In this document: positions 41,011 to 51,352 of the stretch, in pieces
Layout of the letters: the number at the start of each line of letters is the position of its first letter
How positions within the stretch are numbered: position 1 is the stretch's first letter
Assembly (NCBI GenBank): GCA_965262115.1
Contig: OZ253496.1
Location: forward strand, 1,056,001-1,120,000
From: Nitrospinales bacterium
GTDB taxonomy: Bacteria > Nitrospinota > Nitrospinia > Nitrospinales > VA-1
Direction of reading: 5' to 3'
Length of the DNA: 64,000 nucleotides
Notes under the pieces: model-generated
Told to the model about the DNA's origin: nothing
Seen by the model: the letters and a program-made list of their open reading frames with translations, nothing else
The model's database searches: none
Program-made: the position numbers and the translations under genes

Positions 41011-41312
41011 ACCCCTGTTATGCCCTCTTCATTAGCTTTTATGCCTCGAAGGGGTAGGAGGGGTATTAGTGGGTGGGTATCTTCACAAGTCCACCAACTC
41101 TTGTCAAGACGAATCCCAAAAGGCAAAAAACATTGCCCCGCTTCTCCCGGACCCCTATAACCCCCAACAAATCAACCCGTCAGAATTCCACCAAAACCTT
41201 TATTATTAAGGTTTTAATTGATTTTCAGCCGTTATGAGCATTAGACTCTTTTCGTCAGGAGCACCCTTTTCCGGTGCCGGTAAAAAAGCGGAGAGTCTCC
41301 ATAAACACCATT

Positions 41313-41524
41313 GAGCCTGTAACAAAAATATTGTACGCCCAGTAGAGGAAATCTATGAAAGCAGCCGTTTGTAATGTTGTCATCCTCAAGGAGCCGAAGG
41401 ATCTCAAAGTCCCTCATCAATCAAAAGGCTAGATTACTCGTTCCGGGCACGAAAGCTTAAGTGAAACATCATGTCTTCACTTTGTTCAGAATGACGTCCG
41501 AAAATAGTTTTTCAGTACCCTGCT
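41313..41524. repeat. Composite of IS-end-like and REP-like remnants
   Basis: GAGCCTGTAACAAAA left end, TGTCATCCT...GAAGGATCTC and TTCAGAATGAC REP-like halves, a family Y unit, TTTTTCAGTACCCTGCT right end. Confidence 0.5.
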
Positions 41525-41549
41525 GGTACTCAGAAATGTCAAAAACTGG

Positions 41550-41873
41550 ATGATCCGTCTGACCCTTGAGAATTTGGATGGGAAGGCACGGGTCGATCTA
41601 CCGGGACAGGATGTTTCCGCCAAAGATATGGAGGATATGGACCGACTGAATCAAACCTATTCTTACGGTACGGGATTCTTTTCAGCCGAATCAATTGCCA
41701 CCGACTTGATAGAAAAACTCAGGGGCGAACACTACGATCTGGTCCCGGTTACCACCAACCACCCGCAAGGTTACCAGAATGTTCTGGAAGTTGCGCAAAT
41801 GATTCTGCCCGAAGAAATTTTATATATCTATCCCGAAGGCCACCTGCAACCTGTCTCGCCTGTAGCAATTTAA
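41550..41873 (+). CDS. Hypothetical protein (possibly 5'-truncated)
   Basis: 107-aa ORF; frame open back to the repeat boundary. Confidence 0.55.
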   Translation: MIRLTLENLDGKARVDLPGQDVSAKDMEDMDRLNQTYSYGTGFFSAESIATDLIEKLRGEHYDLVPVTTNHPQGYQNVLEVAQMILPEEILYIYPEGHLQPVSPVAI

Positions 41874-41895
41874 CACCTGGAAAAAATACTACGTA

Positions 41896-43068
41896 TCAAG
41901 ACGATTTGGATTCCGCCTGAGGAAGGTTGGGTTTGGGATTGATCATATCTTTCTTACTGAGAATGTCGATGAGGTTTTTATCCCGGCAGGCGACGGCAAT
42001 ATCGATCAATCCATCGCCATTAAAATCCGCCACTGCCATGCCCTGGGGATGCTCATCGACCCGATGGTAAATAGGAGGATAGGTGAAGGTTCCGTTTCCC
42101 CTGCCAAGGGAAACACTAATCATGTCATCGGTGGCATTGGAGACGGCTATATCCTCAAAACCATCACCGGTAAAATCGGCAGCCACGACATATTTCGGAA
42201 AATTCCCCGAAGCAAAATCCCGCAATGAATCGAAAGTCTTATCACCTTTGTTTATAAGCGTGGTCAGAGCATGCAGAGAGTTGCTGGAAGTCACAAATTC
42301 CTTCAACCCGTCATTGTTCACATCCAGGCTGACAATGGTGAGGGGCTGTTTCCCGCCTTTAAAGACTTTTGAGCTTTCAAATTTTCCATCGCCCTTGCCC
42401 CAGAGAACCTGAACACCGGTAAATGCATTGCCCGCCAAAGCTACAGCGATATCTGTCTTTCCATCCTGATTGTAATCGTCGACAACAACTCCTGTCGGCT
42501 GCCCCTTGACAGGCATGGAATCCGGATCAGAAAAAACCCCATTGCCTTTCCCCAGCATCACAACCACATTCGAAAAGCGCATGGTGATCACCAGGTCAAT
42601 TCTCCCGTCAGAATTAAAATCTCCAGATGACATGTTGATGGGAATTTTTCCTGGCTTAAGCACTTGGCTGGTTTTTTGGAAACTTCCCAACCGCGTGTTC
42701 AAAAAAATCTGGATGGTCTGGTCAGCATAATTGAGCACTGCAATATCTGTGTAACCGTCTTCATTGAAATCTCCCGAAACCAGACAAATCGGGTCTCTAC
42801 CGGTTCTATAAACAAGCTGATCCCTGAAAGTCCCATCGCCCATTCCCTTAAAAAAATAAAAAGAATCCCCGCCAGTATTGGTCACAACCAAATCCGGAAC
42901 TTTGTCGCGGTTAAAATCATCGGTAATGAGAAAAGAAGGTTCTTTTCCCGTATCCATGGAATAGCTCAAGGCAAAAATGCGGGGCATTTTTTTCCGGGCC
43001 TTGGGAGGAGGACACCCCAGCAGGACAAAAACCATCAGGAACGCAATTATTGAATAATGTTTTTTCAT
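41896..43068 (-). CDS. FG-GAP/VCBS-repeat lipoprotein
   Basis: Lipobox LLGC; seven DFNxDGxxD...G(D/N)GxF-type repeats. Confidence 0.88.
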   Translation of the reverse strand: MKKHYSIIAFLMVFVLLGCPPPKARKKMPRIFALSYSMDTGKEPSFLITDDFNRDKVPDLVVTNTGGDSFYFFKGMGDGTFRDQLVYRTGRDPICLVSGDFNEDGYTDIAVLNYADQTIQIFLNTRLGSFQKTSQVLKPGKIPINMSSGDFNSDGRIDLVITMRFSNVVVMLGKGNGVFSDPDSMPVKGQPTGVVVDDYNQDGKTDIAVALAGNAFTGVQVLWGKGDGKFESSKVFKGGKQPLTIVSLDVNNDGLKEFVTSSNSLHALTTLINKGDKTFDSLRDFASGNFPKYVVAADFTGDGFEDIAVSNATDDMISVSLGRGNGTFTYPPIYHRVDEHPQGMAVADFNGDGLIDIAVACRDKNLIDILSKKDMINPKPNLPQAESKSS

Positions 43069-43769
43069 GAAGCTCCGTTGAAAAAAAGGAGAGTACCACA
43101 GGAACCCTGGGGAAACAATGTTACACAGCCGGGCTGGGAAAGCAGAAAAGCATGGATCGTGAGACCCATGCTTTGCATGAACTCCTCTCCAGGATAAAGA
43201 CGCGTGATCACCGTATTCAAAAAGTCCGGTTGCCGGTATGGGGTGCCCTGCTCAAAGATTCTGCAAGTTCCATCATTGAGGCCAAAAGCCCCTGCCACAA
43301 CCGCGCTCTTGATGTTTTCGCCCTCGCTGTAAATAAGCACTCCGTCAGGGTTGACTTCAATCGCCGTCACGCGGTTATGAACCACTTGGGCACCAGCCTT
43401 CTGAGCCTCTTCGAGCATGAAGGCATCAAATTTGGAACGTTTCACAGAAGCCGACCGGCCATGCTCTTCCCCGACCAAATCCGGGCTCAACAAATCAGAA
43501 TGCAGGCAATAACCCTCAATTTCATTGAGCGCCAGACTTTCCGGTAAAGCCAGATCCAATTCATTTTTAAGGATGTCCTAGAAAGGCGGAGAGAGCACGC
43601 CAATATACTGATTATAGTGACGCTGCTCTGCGAATTTTTTATGCTCGAGCAACACCACATTTATTTCCCTGCTCAACCGTCTGGCTTCTCTTAAGAGAGT
43701 CATAGCACAGGCCGATCCGCCGGGGCCTCCCCCAACAATACAAACTGTATCTCCATCATTAATGAGCAT
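43065..43769 (-). pseudogene. Truncated FAD-dependent oxidoreductase (geranylgeranyl-reductase-like)
   Basis: IVGGGPGGS FAD motif, in-frame TAG at 43578-43580, RSKFDAFM, GAFG; C-terminal half missing. Confidence 0.75.
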
Positions 43770-43786
43770 CAGGTCTTTATCCTGTT

Positions 43787-45319
43787 TTAATCCGGGATCG
43801 CTTGCAGACTTTTTTTCCTGAAAAACTCCAGCATTCCCTTAAAAATATAGGAGTGGAAGGTTGACATAGCCACCCAGTAAAGTTTTCCCCAAAAAGGTTT
43901 GGGAATGAAATGCGCCTTCAACGTCAAACGGGTTCCCCCGTTCTGATCCGGATCGAGCTGGAACTCGAGCCAGGACAGGCCCGGAGTGATCATTTCTGCC
44001 CTCAACAGCAGTCCGCGGTTGAGTTCCAGCTTTTCCACTCTCCAGAAATCTACCGAATCCCCAACGCGAAGATTGGCCGGGTCGCGCCGACCTCGTTGCA
44101 ATCCCACTCCCCCCAGGAGTCGGTCAATGAGACCGCGAATTCCCCAAAGGATGTTGGCGTGGTTCCAGCCATGCTTGCCCCCGATCTGACAAATCACCGG
44201 GAATACCTGCTCCGGAGTCGCCGGAATATCTATTCCATGTTCGTCAATGACGAACTCGGAAGCCTCAAACTGATACAGAGGCAAAAGGTCACTCATATTT
44301 TCAGGCGGAACATCACTCCAATGCGAAAATACTCTCGAGCTTTTTTCTTTCTCCTGAGCCCATTTTACGGCTGTTATAAAATCCAGCGGTTCGAAGGGAA
44401 GAATGGTTGAGATTTCGTTATCCACACACACCACGTCAGTTTTAAGGCTGCTCAGTAAAAGCGAAGTAATATTTACCGGAATGGAAATAAAACAATGAAG
44501 CCAGTAAGCATAAAGTCGGCACATCCAGTCAACAGGAATGGGCACCCAGGAAACATCAATGAAACGGATCAGCCGATTCAAGATTTTAGCAAAACGTAAA
44601 ATCATTTCCTTATAGGGCAATACATCCTTGCCACCGATTTGGAAAACACGTGACTCCAGGCCCGGAGTTTCCATAATACCGACCAGATATTTGACGACAT
44701 CCCGGATCGCGACAGGCTGGCAGATGGAATTGAACTCCGGTAAAAAAGGAATGAAACGGTTGTTCAAAGTCAGCGATTTCATCAATTCATAAGACGCGCT
44801 TCCAGCACCAACGATAATGGCCGCCCGAACCTGGATGGTCGGAACACTGCCCTGTGACAATATATTCCCGACCTCCATTCTGCTTCTAAGGTGCGGCGAC
44901 ATGCGATCATCTTTTTCTCCCAGTCCGCCCAGGTAGATGACCCGTTTCACGCCATGGTGTTCAGCCGATTCCCGGAAGTTTTTTGCGGCCTGCTGGTCGT
45001 TTATTATAAACTCCTCCTTTTTCAACCTCATGCTGTGAATTAAATAATATGCATAGTCAACATCCTTCAAGGCGGGGAGCAACTCTTCCCTGTTCAGGCA
45101 ATCGGCATAAACATGTTCGACGCGAGGATGCGTCAATAGTGTCGGGCAACTGATATTTCTGTACATACACCGGACAATATAGCCTCTTGAAACCAGTTCA
45201 GGAATTAACCTGTGCGCCACATACCCGGTTGCCCCGGTCACAAGAACCCGTGTTCCTTCTGGCCAGGGGCAGGTGTGAAGATCATCACAATAGTGGTAAT
45301 TGACTTTTTCCGGATCCAT
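43787..45319 (-). CDS. Atypical SDR oxidoreductase with DUF2867 domain (YbjT-like)
   Basis: VTGATGY, AYYLIHSM, YLGGLG, SPHLRSR, GSASYE, IGGKHGW, DFWRVE, LRAEM; start at MDPEK. Confidence 0.88.
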   Translation of the reverse strand: MDPEKVNYHYCDDLHTCPWPEGTRVLVTGATGYVAHRLIPELVSRGYIVRCMYRNISCPTLLTHPRVEHVYADCLNREELLPALKDVDYAYYLIHSMRLKKEEFIINDQQAAKNFRESAEHHGVKRVIYLGGLGEKDDRMSPHLRSRMEVGNILSQGSVPTIQVRAAIIVGAGSASYELMKSLTLNNRFIPFLPEFNSICQPVAIRDVVKYLVGIMETPGLESRVFQIGGKDVLPYKEMILRFAKILNRLIRFIDVSWVPIPVDWMCRLYAYWLHCFISIPVNITSLLLSSLKTDVVCVDNEISTILPFEPLDFITAVKWAQEKEKSSRVFSHWSDVPPENMSDLLPLYQFEASEFVIDEHGIDIPATPEQVFPVICQIGGKHGWNHANILWGIRGLIDRLLGGVGLQRGRRDPANLRVGDSVDFWRVEKLELNRGLLLRAEMITPGLSWLEFQLDPDQNGGTRLTLKAHFIPKPFWGKLYWVAMSTFHSYIFKGMLEFFRKKSLQAIPD

Positions 45320-45418
45320 ACCTGAAATATATCCCCAACCGCCGAATTCGCAAGCCCCCGGCGTAGCCGCCGGTGGCAAATTGCAATGGATTTAAATTGC
45401 TTTCAACCGGTTAGCTCG

Positions 45419-45514
45419 GCTTAAAGAGGTGTTGTCCACTGGGTCCAGCGTCACGCAGGCAAAGCGAAAGAGATCATTCAGCCGAGACAACTCTTTGCTT
45501 GCTTAATAAAGCCA
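45419..45514 (-). repeat. Repeat family X, copy 3 (permuted: A before B)
   Basis: Block A 45480-45499 (19/20 to 877-896), block B 45431-45460 (26/30 to 833-862); GCTTAA repeated at 45419 and 45501. Confidence 0.75.
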
Positions 45515-45533
45515 TTGCCCTTTGGCCCCGCTC

Positions 45534-46364
45534 CTAGCGGGAGAAAAAGGGGTTGTGGCGTTTTTCTTCGCCAACGGTGGTCGCAGGGCCATGGCCGGGG
45601 AAAAGGCGCGTGTGGTCTGGCAGAGTCAAAAGTCTTTGGGCGATGGAATCGTACAGCCCAGACCAGGAGGAGTTGGCGCGTCCCATGGAACCGGCGAAGA
45701 TGGCATCACCGGAGAAAACCGTGTCATGGATTTTATAGGACACTCCGCCTGAGGTGTGACCGGGCGTGAAAAGAACTTCTATATTTAACTGGCCCAGTTT
45801 TATTGATTCTCCATCCTTTAAAAACTTAAAGTCACGGCTGCCTGAGGGGCGAGGTTCTTTTTTATCAATCCAGGCGGGACAGTTATAGGTTTTATCCAGG
45901 AGTTCCAGTCCCCCGGCGTGGTCAAAGTGGGCATGGGTTAAAAGGATTTTTTCCGGGTGAAGTTTCAGCTCTTTGGCTTTCTTAATGATCGCCTCCGGAT
46001 TCCCTCCCGTATCAATCACCGCAGAGGTTTGTGTAGCCTTGCAAATTACCAGATAACATTTAACGGGATAGGTTCCGACAAACACATCCAGGCAGACCGT
46101 ATCGAAAGGGGCGGGATCCGGCTCAATAGGTTTGGGAGCCCAGGTCGCATTCGCGACCGCGATCAACGATGGAGCATGAAGGCCCAGAACTTCAGCAAGA
46201 TTTTTTAAGACACCCTCTTCCGGAACAAACTCATAACGCTCCATCCGGGAAATATCACCCACACTGATTCCCGAAGCATAAGCCAAGTCAGACTGGCGCC
46301 AGCTTTTGCCATCTCTGGCCTTTTCCAGTACGTCTCCCAATTCATCTTCCAAAGGTCCTGACAT
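45534..46364 (-). CDS. MBL-fold hydrolase (glyoxalase II-like) with N-terminal XRE-type HTH
   Basis: LEDELGDVLEKAR...ISRMER HTH; THAHFDH, TPGHT, SGD, PGHG. Confidence 0.88.
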   Translation of the reverse strand: MSGPLEDELGDVLEKARDGKSWRQSDLAYASGISVGDISRMERYEFVPEEGVLKNLAEVLGLHAPSLIAVANATWAPKPIEPDPAPFDTVCLDVFVGTYPVKCYLVICKATQTSAVIDTGGNPEAIIKKAKELKLHPEKILLTHAHFDHAGGLELLDKTYNCPAWIDKKEPRPSGSRDFKFLKDGESIKLGQLNIEVLFTPGHTSGGVSYKIHDTVFSGDAIFAGSMGRANSSWSGLYDSIAQRLLTLPDHTRLFPGHGPATTVGEEKRHNPFFSR

Positions 46365-46420
46365 AAAACCTCCTATTGGGAAATTATACTAGAAATTTTG
46401 CCAAATCAAACAAGCTTCCA

Positions 46421-47251
46421 TCAACCTTCTTTCTGTTCAGCCGGCTTCAGTTCCTTCCACTGAGTATCCTCACTTGAGGAGGCTGGCCCGGCTGAGGAAA
46501 ATACATAAACCATCCCCACCATGACTCCCCCACCCACCATATTTCCGAGTGTCACAAACACCTGATTGTGAAAGAAACCTGTAAGTGATACTTCCGCTCC
46601 ATGCGGCAGCAACAATGCCAGGCTCATCAGCGACTGGTTGGCGATACTGTGTTCGTATCCACTACCAATAAAAGCAAACAGGCACCAGAATATCATGATC
46701 AGTTTGGCAGTCTCGTCCCCGTTTCGGTTGGCGATCCAGACCGCCAGACACACCAGCCAGTTACACAAAATACCCCTGAAAAAAGCTTCTTGCGCACCGA
46801 GGGCCATTTTCGCTCCTGCTACTTTGACAATCAGGGCCTGAGCTTCGGCAGACAGGCTTCCCCCCTGCACCACCAGCCACGCAAAAAATACAGAACCCAG
46901 AAGATTACCGATAAAACATAGCGCGAACAATTTGAATATGGCGTTGAAACCTACCCGGTTTTTCAGTTTACCCACGGCAAAAACCATGTTATTGCCAGTG
47001 AACAGTTCCGAACCGGAAAAAACAACCAGGCTCAAAGCCACACCAAAACTAGCACCCATGATCAGTTTCATGAAGGGTGCAAACTGCGTTCCCGCCAAGG
47101 GAGCCCCTACCGAGAAAATTAAAACAATGCCAAAGCCTAGATAGGCCCCAGCCAGGGCAGACAGAGCCAGGTATCCCGGAGGGAAACGGTTCATGGCCTT
47201 GATTTTCTTTTCTGCGGCAAAAGCCAGTTTTCCTAAATCATTTTCGAACAT
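46421..47251 (-). CDS. nirC: Formate/nitrite transporter (NirC-like)
   Basis: GSELFTGNN, GILCNWLVCLAVW, EHSIAN, VTLGNMVGG; directly downstream of nirA. Confidence 0.88.
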   Translation of the reverse strand: MFENDLGKLAFAAEKKIKAMNRFPPGYLALSALAGAYLGFGIVLIFSVGAPLAGTQFAPFMKLIMGASFGVALSLVVFSGSELFTGNNMVFAVGKLKNRVGFNAIFKLFALCFIGNLLGSVFFAWLVVQGGSLSAEAQALIVKVAGAKMALGAQEAFFRGILCNWLVCLAVWIANRNGDETAKLIMIFWCLFAFIGSGYEHSIANQSLMSLALLLPHGAEVSLTGFFHNQVFVTLGNMVGGGVMVGMVYVFSSAGPASSSEDTQWKELKPAEQKEG

Positions 47252-47279
47252 TTCAGGTTTCCTTTCTATCAGTCAATTT

Positions 47280-48872
47280 CTAATGCGTGGTTTTTATTTC
47301 TTCCAGCACATTAGTTTCTGTTTGCTTTTGCGGTTTCGTTAGCAAAGGCGTGTCACGTCTTCTTGCATATTTTTTTCCCTTGATCGGGTACATTCTTTCG
47401 CGAGTGTGGTAGGGAACCACGAATTCCAAAACCTGTGCCAACTGATCACAGGGAACATCTTCCATGACCTTTACGGACAGTTTGGGATCAATTCCCGTTC
47501 GGCCGCCCATAAAAATATCCACCCCCTCAATCACTTCATTGCCGCGGCGCATCTTTTTTCCGAGCAGTCCAATATCCGCCACCAGATGGTTGCCGCATCC
47601 CGCCGGGCATCCCGACCAATGCATATTGATCGGTGCGGTGCCCGGGAGCTTGCCTTCAAGTTGCGCGGCAACCTTTAAAGCCATCGACTTGGTTTCAATT
47701 ACCGCCAAGTTGCAATAATCGCTTCCCACACAACTCACCAATCCCTTAAGAATACTGGAAGGGTGATAAGTGAACTCTTTGACCAACGCCTCTTCAAGCA
47801 TGTCCCCCAATTTCTGATCGGAAATATTGGGAATGATCAGGGAATTGGAATGGGAAAATCGTATTTCTCCGTTTCCATATTTTTCCGCAAGTCGGGCCAG
47901 CCCCTGCAACTTGTCAGCCTGAATACGTCCGACGGGAACCTTCAGCCCGACATAGTTCATCAAGGTCTGCTTCTGCCGGTAGGAACCAATATGTTCCGAT
48001 TTTTCGTTGCCTCTCAAATCCACGCCAGCGGAGGTCAACGGCCTTCCCAGCCTCTCTTCCAACGCCAAACGGAATTTCTCTTCCCCCCAATCTTCTATCA
48101 GAAAGGCCAGACGGTTTTTACTTCTCACATCTCGACTGCCGTGGTCGCGGTACAAAAGGATCAGCGCCGAACACACTTCGACCACTTCTTCGGGACGGAG
48201 GAAAACATCCAAAGGAGTGGCGATGCGGTAGCCCCCCGACCCCAACTTTCCACCCACCAGAACATTGAAACCATAAACCGGGCCGTTTTCTTCAATGGCC
48301 GGTACCAGCGCCAGGTCCTGGGTTTCCGCATGCACACAGTCATCCGGGCAACCACTCAATGTTATGTTGAACTTTCTTGGCAGATTGGAAAACTCCGGGT
48401 TGCCGACGATATGCTCGTTCAATGCCTTGACCAGCGAATAGGCATCGACCTTCTCCTTCGGATTCAAACCTGCTACCGGACATCCCATAATGTTGCGGAC
48501 ATTGTCCATTCCGGTTTGGGACGAGGTCAGTCCTACCTCTTCGAGCAGGTCGAAAACCTTGGGAATGCTTTCAATTTTTAGATGCCGTAATTGCACCTGT
48601 TGGCGGGTGGTGATGTCAATCATCCCATTACCGAAGGTAGCGGCTATAAACGAAAGAGCCCTGACCTGATGAGAAAAAGAAAGTCCATTAGGAATCCTCA
48701 CCCGCAACATAAAAAATCCTGGAGTGGGATTGCGCAAAAACAGTCCATACCATTTGAGACGCTGGATGTCCTCTTCGCTGATAGACTCCCAACCTTCTTT
48801 CGCAAAACGATGGAGTTCGCTTTTGATTTTCAAACCGTCTCTTTCAGATTTTATCAGTTCTATTTTGTTCAT
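47280..48872 (-). CDS. nirA: Ferredoxin--nitrite reductase (assimilatory, siroheme/4Fe-4S)
   Basis: MLRVRIPNG, TTRQQVQ, DNVRN, LPRKFN, CVGSDYC, SGCPAGC, ADIG. Confidence 0.9.
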   Translation of the reverse strand: MNKIELIKSERDGLKIKSELHRFAKEGWESISEEDIQRLKWYGLFLRNPTPGFFMLRVRIPNGLSFSHQVRALSFIAATFGNGMIDITTRQQVQLRHLKIESIPKVFDLLEEVGLTSSQTGMDNVRNIMGCPVAGLNPKEKVDAYSLVKALNEHIVGNPEFSNLPRKFNITLSGCPDDCVHAETQDLALVPAIEENGPVYGFNVLVGGKLGSGGYRIATPLDVFLRPEEVVEVCSALILLYRDHGSRDVRSKNRLAFLIEDWGEEKFRLALEERLGRPLTSAGVDLRGNEKSEHIGSYRQKQTLMNYVGLKVPVGRIQADKLQGLARLAEKYGNGEIRFSHSNSLIIPNISDQKLGDMLEEALVKEFTYHPSSILKGLVSCVGSDYCNLAVIETKSMALKVAAQLEGKLPGTAPINMHWSGCPAGCGNHLVADIGLLGKKMRRGNEVIEGVDIFMGGRTGIDPKLSVKVMEDVPCDQLAQVLEFVVPYHTRERMYPIKGKKYARRRDTPLLTKPQKQTETNVLEEIKTTH

Positions 48873-48929
48873 GGTTCCTCAACATTAGAAAATGATAGAC
48901 CTTTCCCATCGAAGGTATACAGAAGGCAG

Positions 48930-49071
48930 TACAATTAACGTGCCATTTAGGAAAAATGGTCACTATGGCTTTTATTGATATAAGGTTAGGTCGATGGAGA
49001 CATTAATTTGTGGCAAGACAAATTGCTCAAAAAACAATCAAAGCAATTTTCTACTGCCATATAATGTGTCA
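48930..49071 (-). promoter_or_regulatory. Sigma-54-like promoter and tandem NtrC-like boxes upstream of nirA
   Basis: TGGCACGTTAATTGTA (reverse complement of 48930-48945); 17-bp TGC-N12-CA boxes at 49024-49040 and 49055-49071. Confidence 0.55.
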
Positions 49072-49095
49072 TCTGGAAATGCCTGAAAATGCCGT

Positions 49096-50919
49096 TTATT
49101 GCGGCAATTGCAGAATGGGGGTGTAGGGGCGCAGAAGTTTTCGAGTCCACCAGGAGCCGTCCCGGTTCCGGGTCTCAAAGTCTGAAAACCTGTAATCGTA
49201 GACCACCGCCTGCATGTATTTTGGGGGACTATCGGGAAACGGGTTTTTCTCCAGCAAGCCAATCACAACAGGTGAGCCCTGCAAAAGACGGATCATGAAC
49301 TGGACCAACCAGGGATTTCTTTCATAATTGCTGAGCGCGGCGAACCACATTTGCCAATCCAATCGGGGCTGGTGCGGGGCGACAAATTCCGGTTTTTTTA
49401 CCACATCGCCCGGTTTCCATTTGAATTCATAAGGAAACCAGTTCTCGCGGTCATCACTTCCCAGAATAATAATTTCCGGCCTCGATGTAGTCATCACTGC
49501 AAACAGACCGTAGGAGTTGAACAGGTGAAGAGGACGAATTGCATTGGCGATGAAAATATAAATGGCGGGGTAATTGCCGGAAGTAACGAGCAGGGGAACT
49601 GTATAAAGCATGATGGAGATCGCCAACGCTGCTACTCCCGCCCCTGCAAAAAATATTTTCTTCCACACAGAAACCGACATCGTGTCTTTCGACCTCGCAG
49701 ATTTCATCGGGAGCCATCTTGAGAGAATCGTATCATCCAGCAGAAGCAGGCACATGGCCAGAGTCAATAAGTTAAAGAAACAATAATTGCCGGTCAGGAA
49801 AATCAACATCTGATGAAAAACCAGTACGGCACAACCCATGTAGCGAATGCGTCGGGGACCAAAAATCAAAAATACTGCCCCAAGCTGAATGATGAAAGTG
49901 CCGACGACAGAAAACTCATGGAACCCATGAGGCAGCTGATGCGCATACCAACCTACCCAGGTTGGAAGCGGTTGGGTTTCGTAGTGGTAATAGAGTGCGG
50001 TGAAATCTCTCCAAGTGGAGTCCTGACTGATTATTTTGACCAACCCGGAAGAAAAAACAACGCGAAACAACAGAAACCGAAAGAGAAAAAGAACTGTCGC
50101 GGAGGGCGGGGATGCCCCTCTAACCCAAGGAACCAGGAAGAGTGCCAGAAATCCCATTTCAAGAAGCAGAGTGTCCCATTGGAATCCTAAAAAGGGTTGC
50201 GCCACATGGAAAAGAGAAAGATAAAATCCCCACGCCGCCAATAAGGCCCAGCCCACTTGGCGGTTGGCCATGACCAACATGGAGGCCCCCACGCCAAACA
50301 AACAGACCGCCTGCAAAAATCCATCTCCGGCATGAAACCAGAACAAGGTAGGAACTTTCCAAAAACGTTCCGGCCCCCAATGTGCCGCTGCATCTTTTAA
50401 ATGCGTCTCAACCGGATGAATGCCTTCGTGTCCAATCAGTCCTTCAACTTGAGTCCAAAGAGATAAAAAGGCCAGCAAATAAACCAGGCCGAGAAGAAAG
50501 AGAAACACCCGCCGGGCCAGAAACCAGGTGGGAGCTTCCGTGGAGCCTCCCCAAACCCAGCGAGTGAGAGCGCTAAAGAAACTTCGATTTTCGGCAATCT
50601 GTCTGTAACCCCACTCTGAAACCGGGGCGAATCCTGGAATATTTTCATAAGCCCTGAGAAGCCACTTCCCGTTAGGGGCATAAGCCAGGGTCTTAAAAAC
50701 AGCCTTAGCTCCTGAGCAAAAACTTCCATCAGGATCGACGAAATAGACAGAGAATGCAAAATGCTCGGGAGAAATCTGCGGGTAAGATTCGCCAGCCTCC
50801 TGAGAAGAACGGTAAACCACCGCGCCTTTCGTAAGAGGGCTCCAGCGCGCTACCCATAAACGACAAAATCCGCAATCGCCGTCATAGATCAAAACCGGTT
50901 TATCGTTTGTACTTTCCAT
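49096..50919 (-). CDS. Lipase maturation factor family protein with N-terminal DCC1-like (DUF393) domain
   Basis: YDGDCGFC; FQWDTLLLE, HYETQPLP, TGNYCFFN, YGLFA, PHQPRLDWQMWFAA. Confidence 0.9.
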   Translation of the reverse strand: MESTNDKPVLIYDGDCGFCRLWVARWSPLTKGAVVYRSSQEAGESYPQISPEHFAFSVYFVDPDGSFCSGAKAVFKTLAYAPNGKWLLRAYENIPGFAPVSEWGYRQIAENRSFFSALTRWVWGGSTEAPTWFLARRVFLFLLGLVYLLAFLSLWTQVEGLIGHEGIHPVETHLKDAAAHWGPERFWKVPTLFWFHAGDGFLQAVCLFGVGASMLVMANRQVGWALLAAWGFYLSLFHVAQPFLGFQWDTLLLEMGFLALFLVPWVRGASPPSATVLFLFRFLLFRVVFSSGLVKIISQDSTWRDFTALYYHYETQPLPTWVGWYAHQLPHGFHEFSVVGTFIIQLGAVFLIFGPRRIRYMGCAVLVFHQMLIFLTGNYCFFNLLTLAMCLLLLDDTILSRWLPMKSARSKDTMSVSVWKKIFFAGAGVAALAISIMLYTVPLLVTSGNYPAIYIFIANAIRPLHLFNSYGLFAVMTTSRPEIIILGSDDRENWFPYEFKWKPGDVVKKPEFVAPHQPRLDWQMWFAALSNYERNPWLVQFMIRLLQGSPVVIGLLEKNPFPDSPPKYMQAVVYDYRFSDFETRNRDGSWWTRKLLRPYTPILQLPQ

Positions 50920-51064
50920 AAGTGCTTCCAGAAACGAGCCCTGCTTTCGGACTGGCGACTCCTAAAATTTTTCTTTGTCAGAGAGTCTCTTTAATATTAT
51001 AGCCTTTATCCCAAGCCCATTTTCTCCACAAAATAGCCCATGAACCCGGCAGCCCCCTATTTCC

Positions 51065-51193
51065 GAGACCTTTGCGTAAGTCTATAAAGCAGAAAAGCGA
51101 GATGCTTCGACAAGCTCAGCATGACAATAAAAGGCTATCTTGTCATTCTGAGGAGCTATTGCAACGAAGAATCTTGGGTTATGCAAAGGTCTC
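51065..51193. mobile_element. 129-bp MITE, copy 4
   Basis: Same TIRs; perfect 9-bp direct repeat CCTATTTCC; two visible differences from copy 1. Confidence 0.9.
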
Positions 51194-51352
51194 CCTATTT
51201 CCCTGAAAGAATTTTCACAAATAGGCGGTTCTGACTTGCGTTCCGGGCCAAGCTGAGATAGCTTCTCTACTTTACCCATTGCTAAAATGTAAGATATCGA
51301 ATTATTAGAGGCACCCCTTAAAAGCATCTTTGATCGTTTCAGGAAGGATTCA

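Noticed and set aside
43578..43580. In-frame TAG as pyrrolysine or programmed readthrough
   Set aside because: The gene is also C-terminally truncated and no pyl genes are present; pseudogene is simpler
45419..45514. Hammerhead ribozyme in repeat family X
   Set aside because: CUGAAUGA does not match the CUGANGA core and no properly placed GAAA with three stems was found
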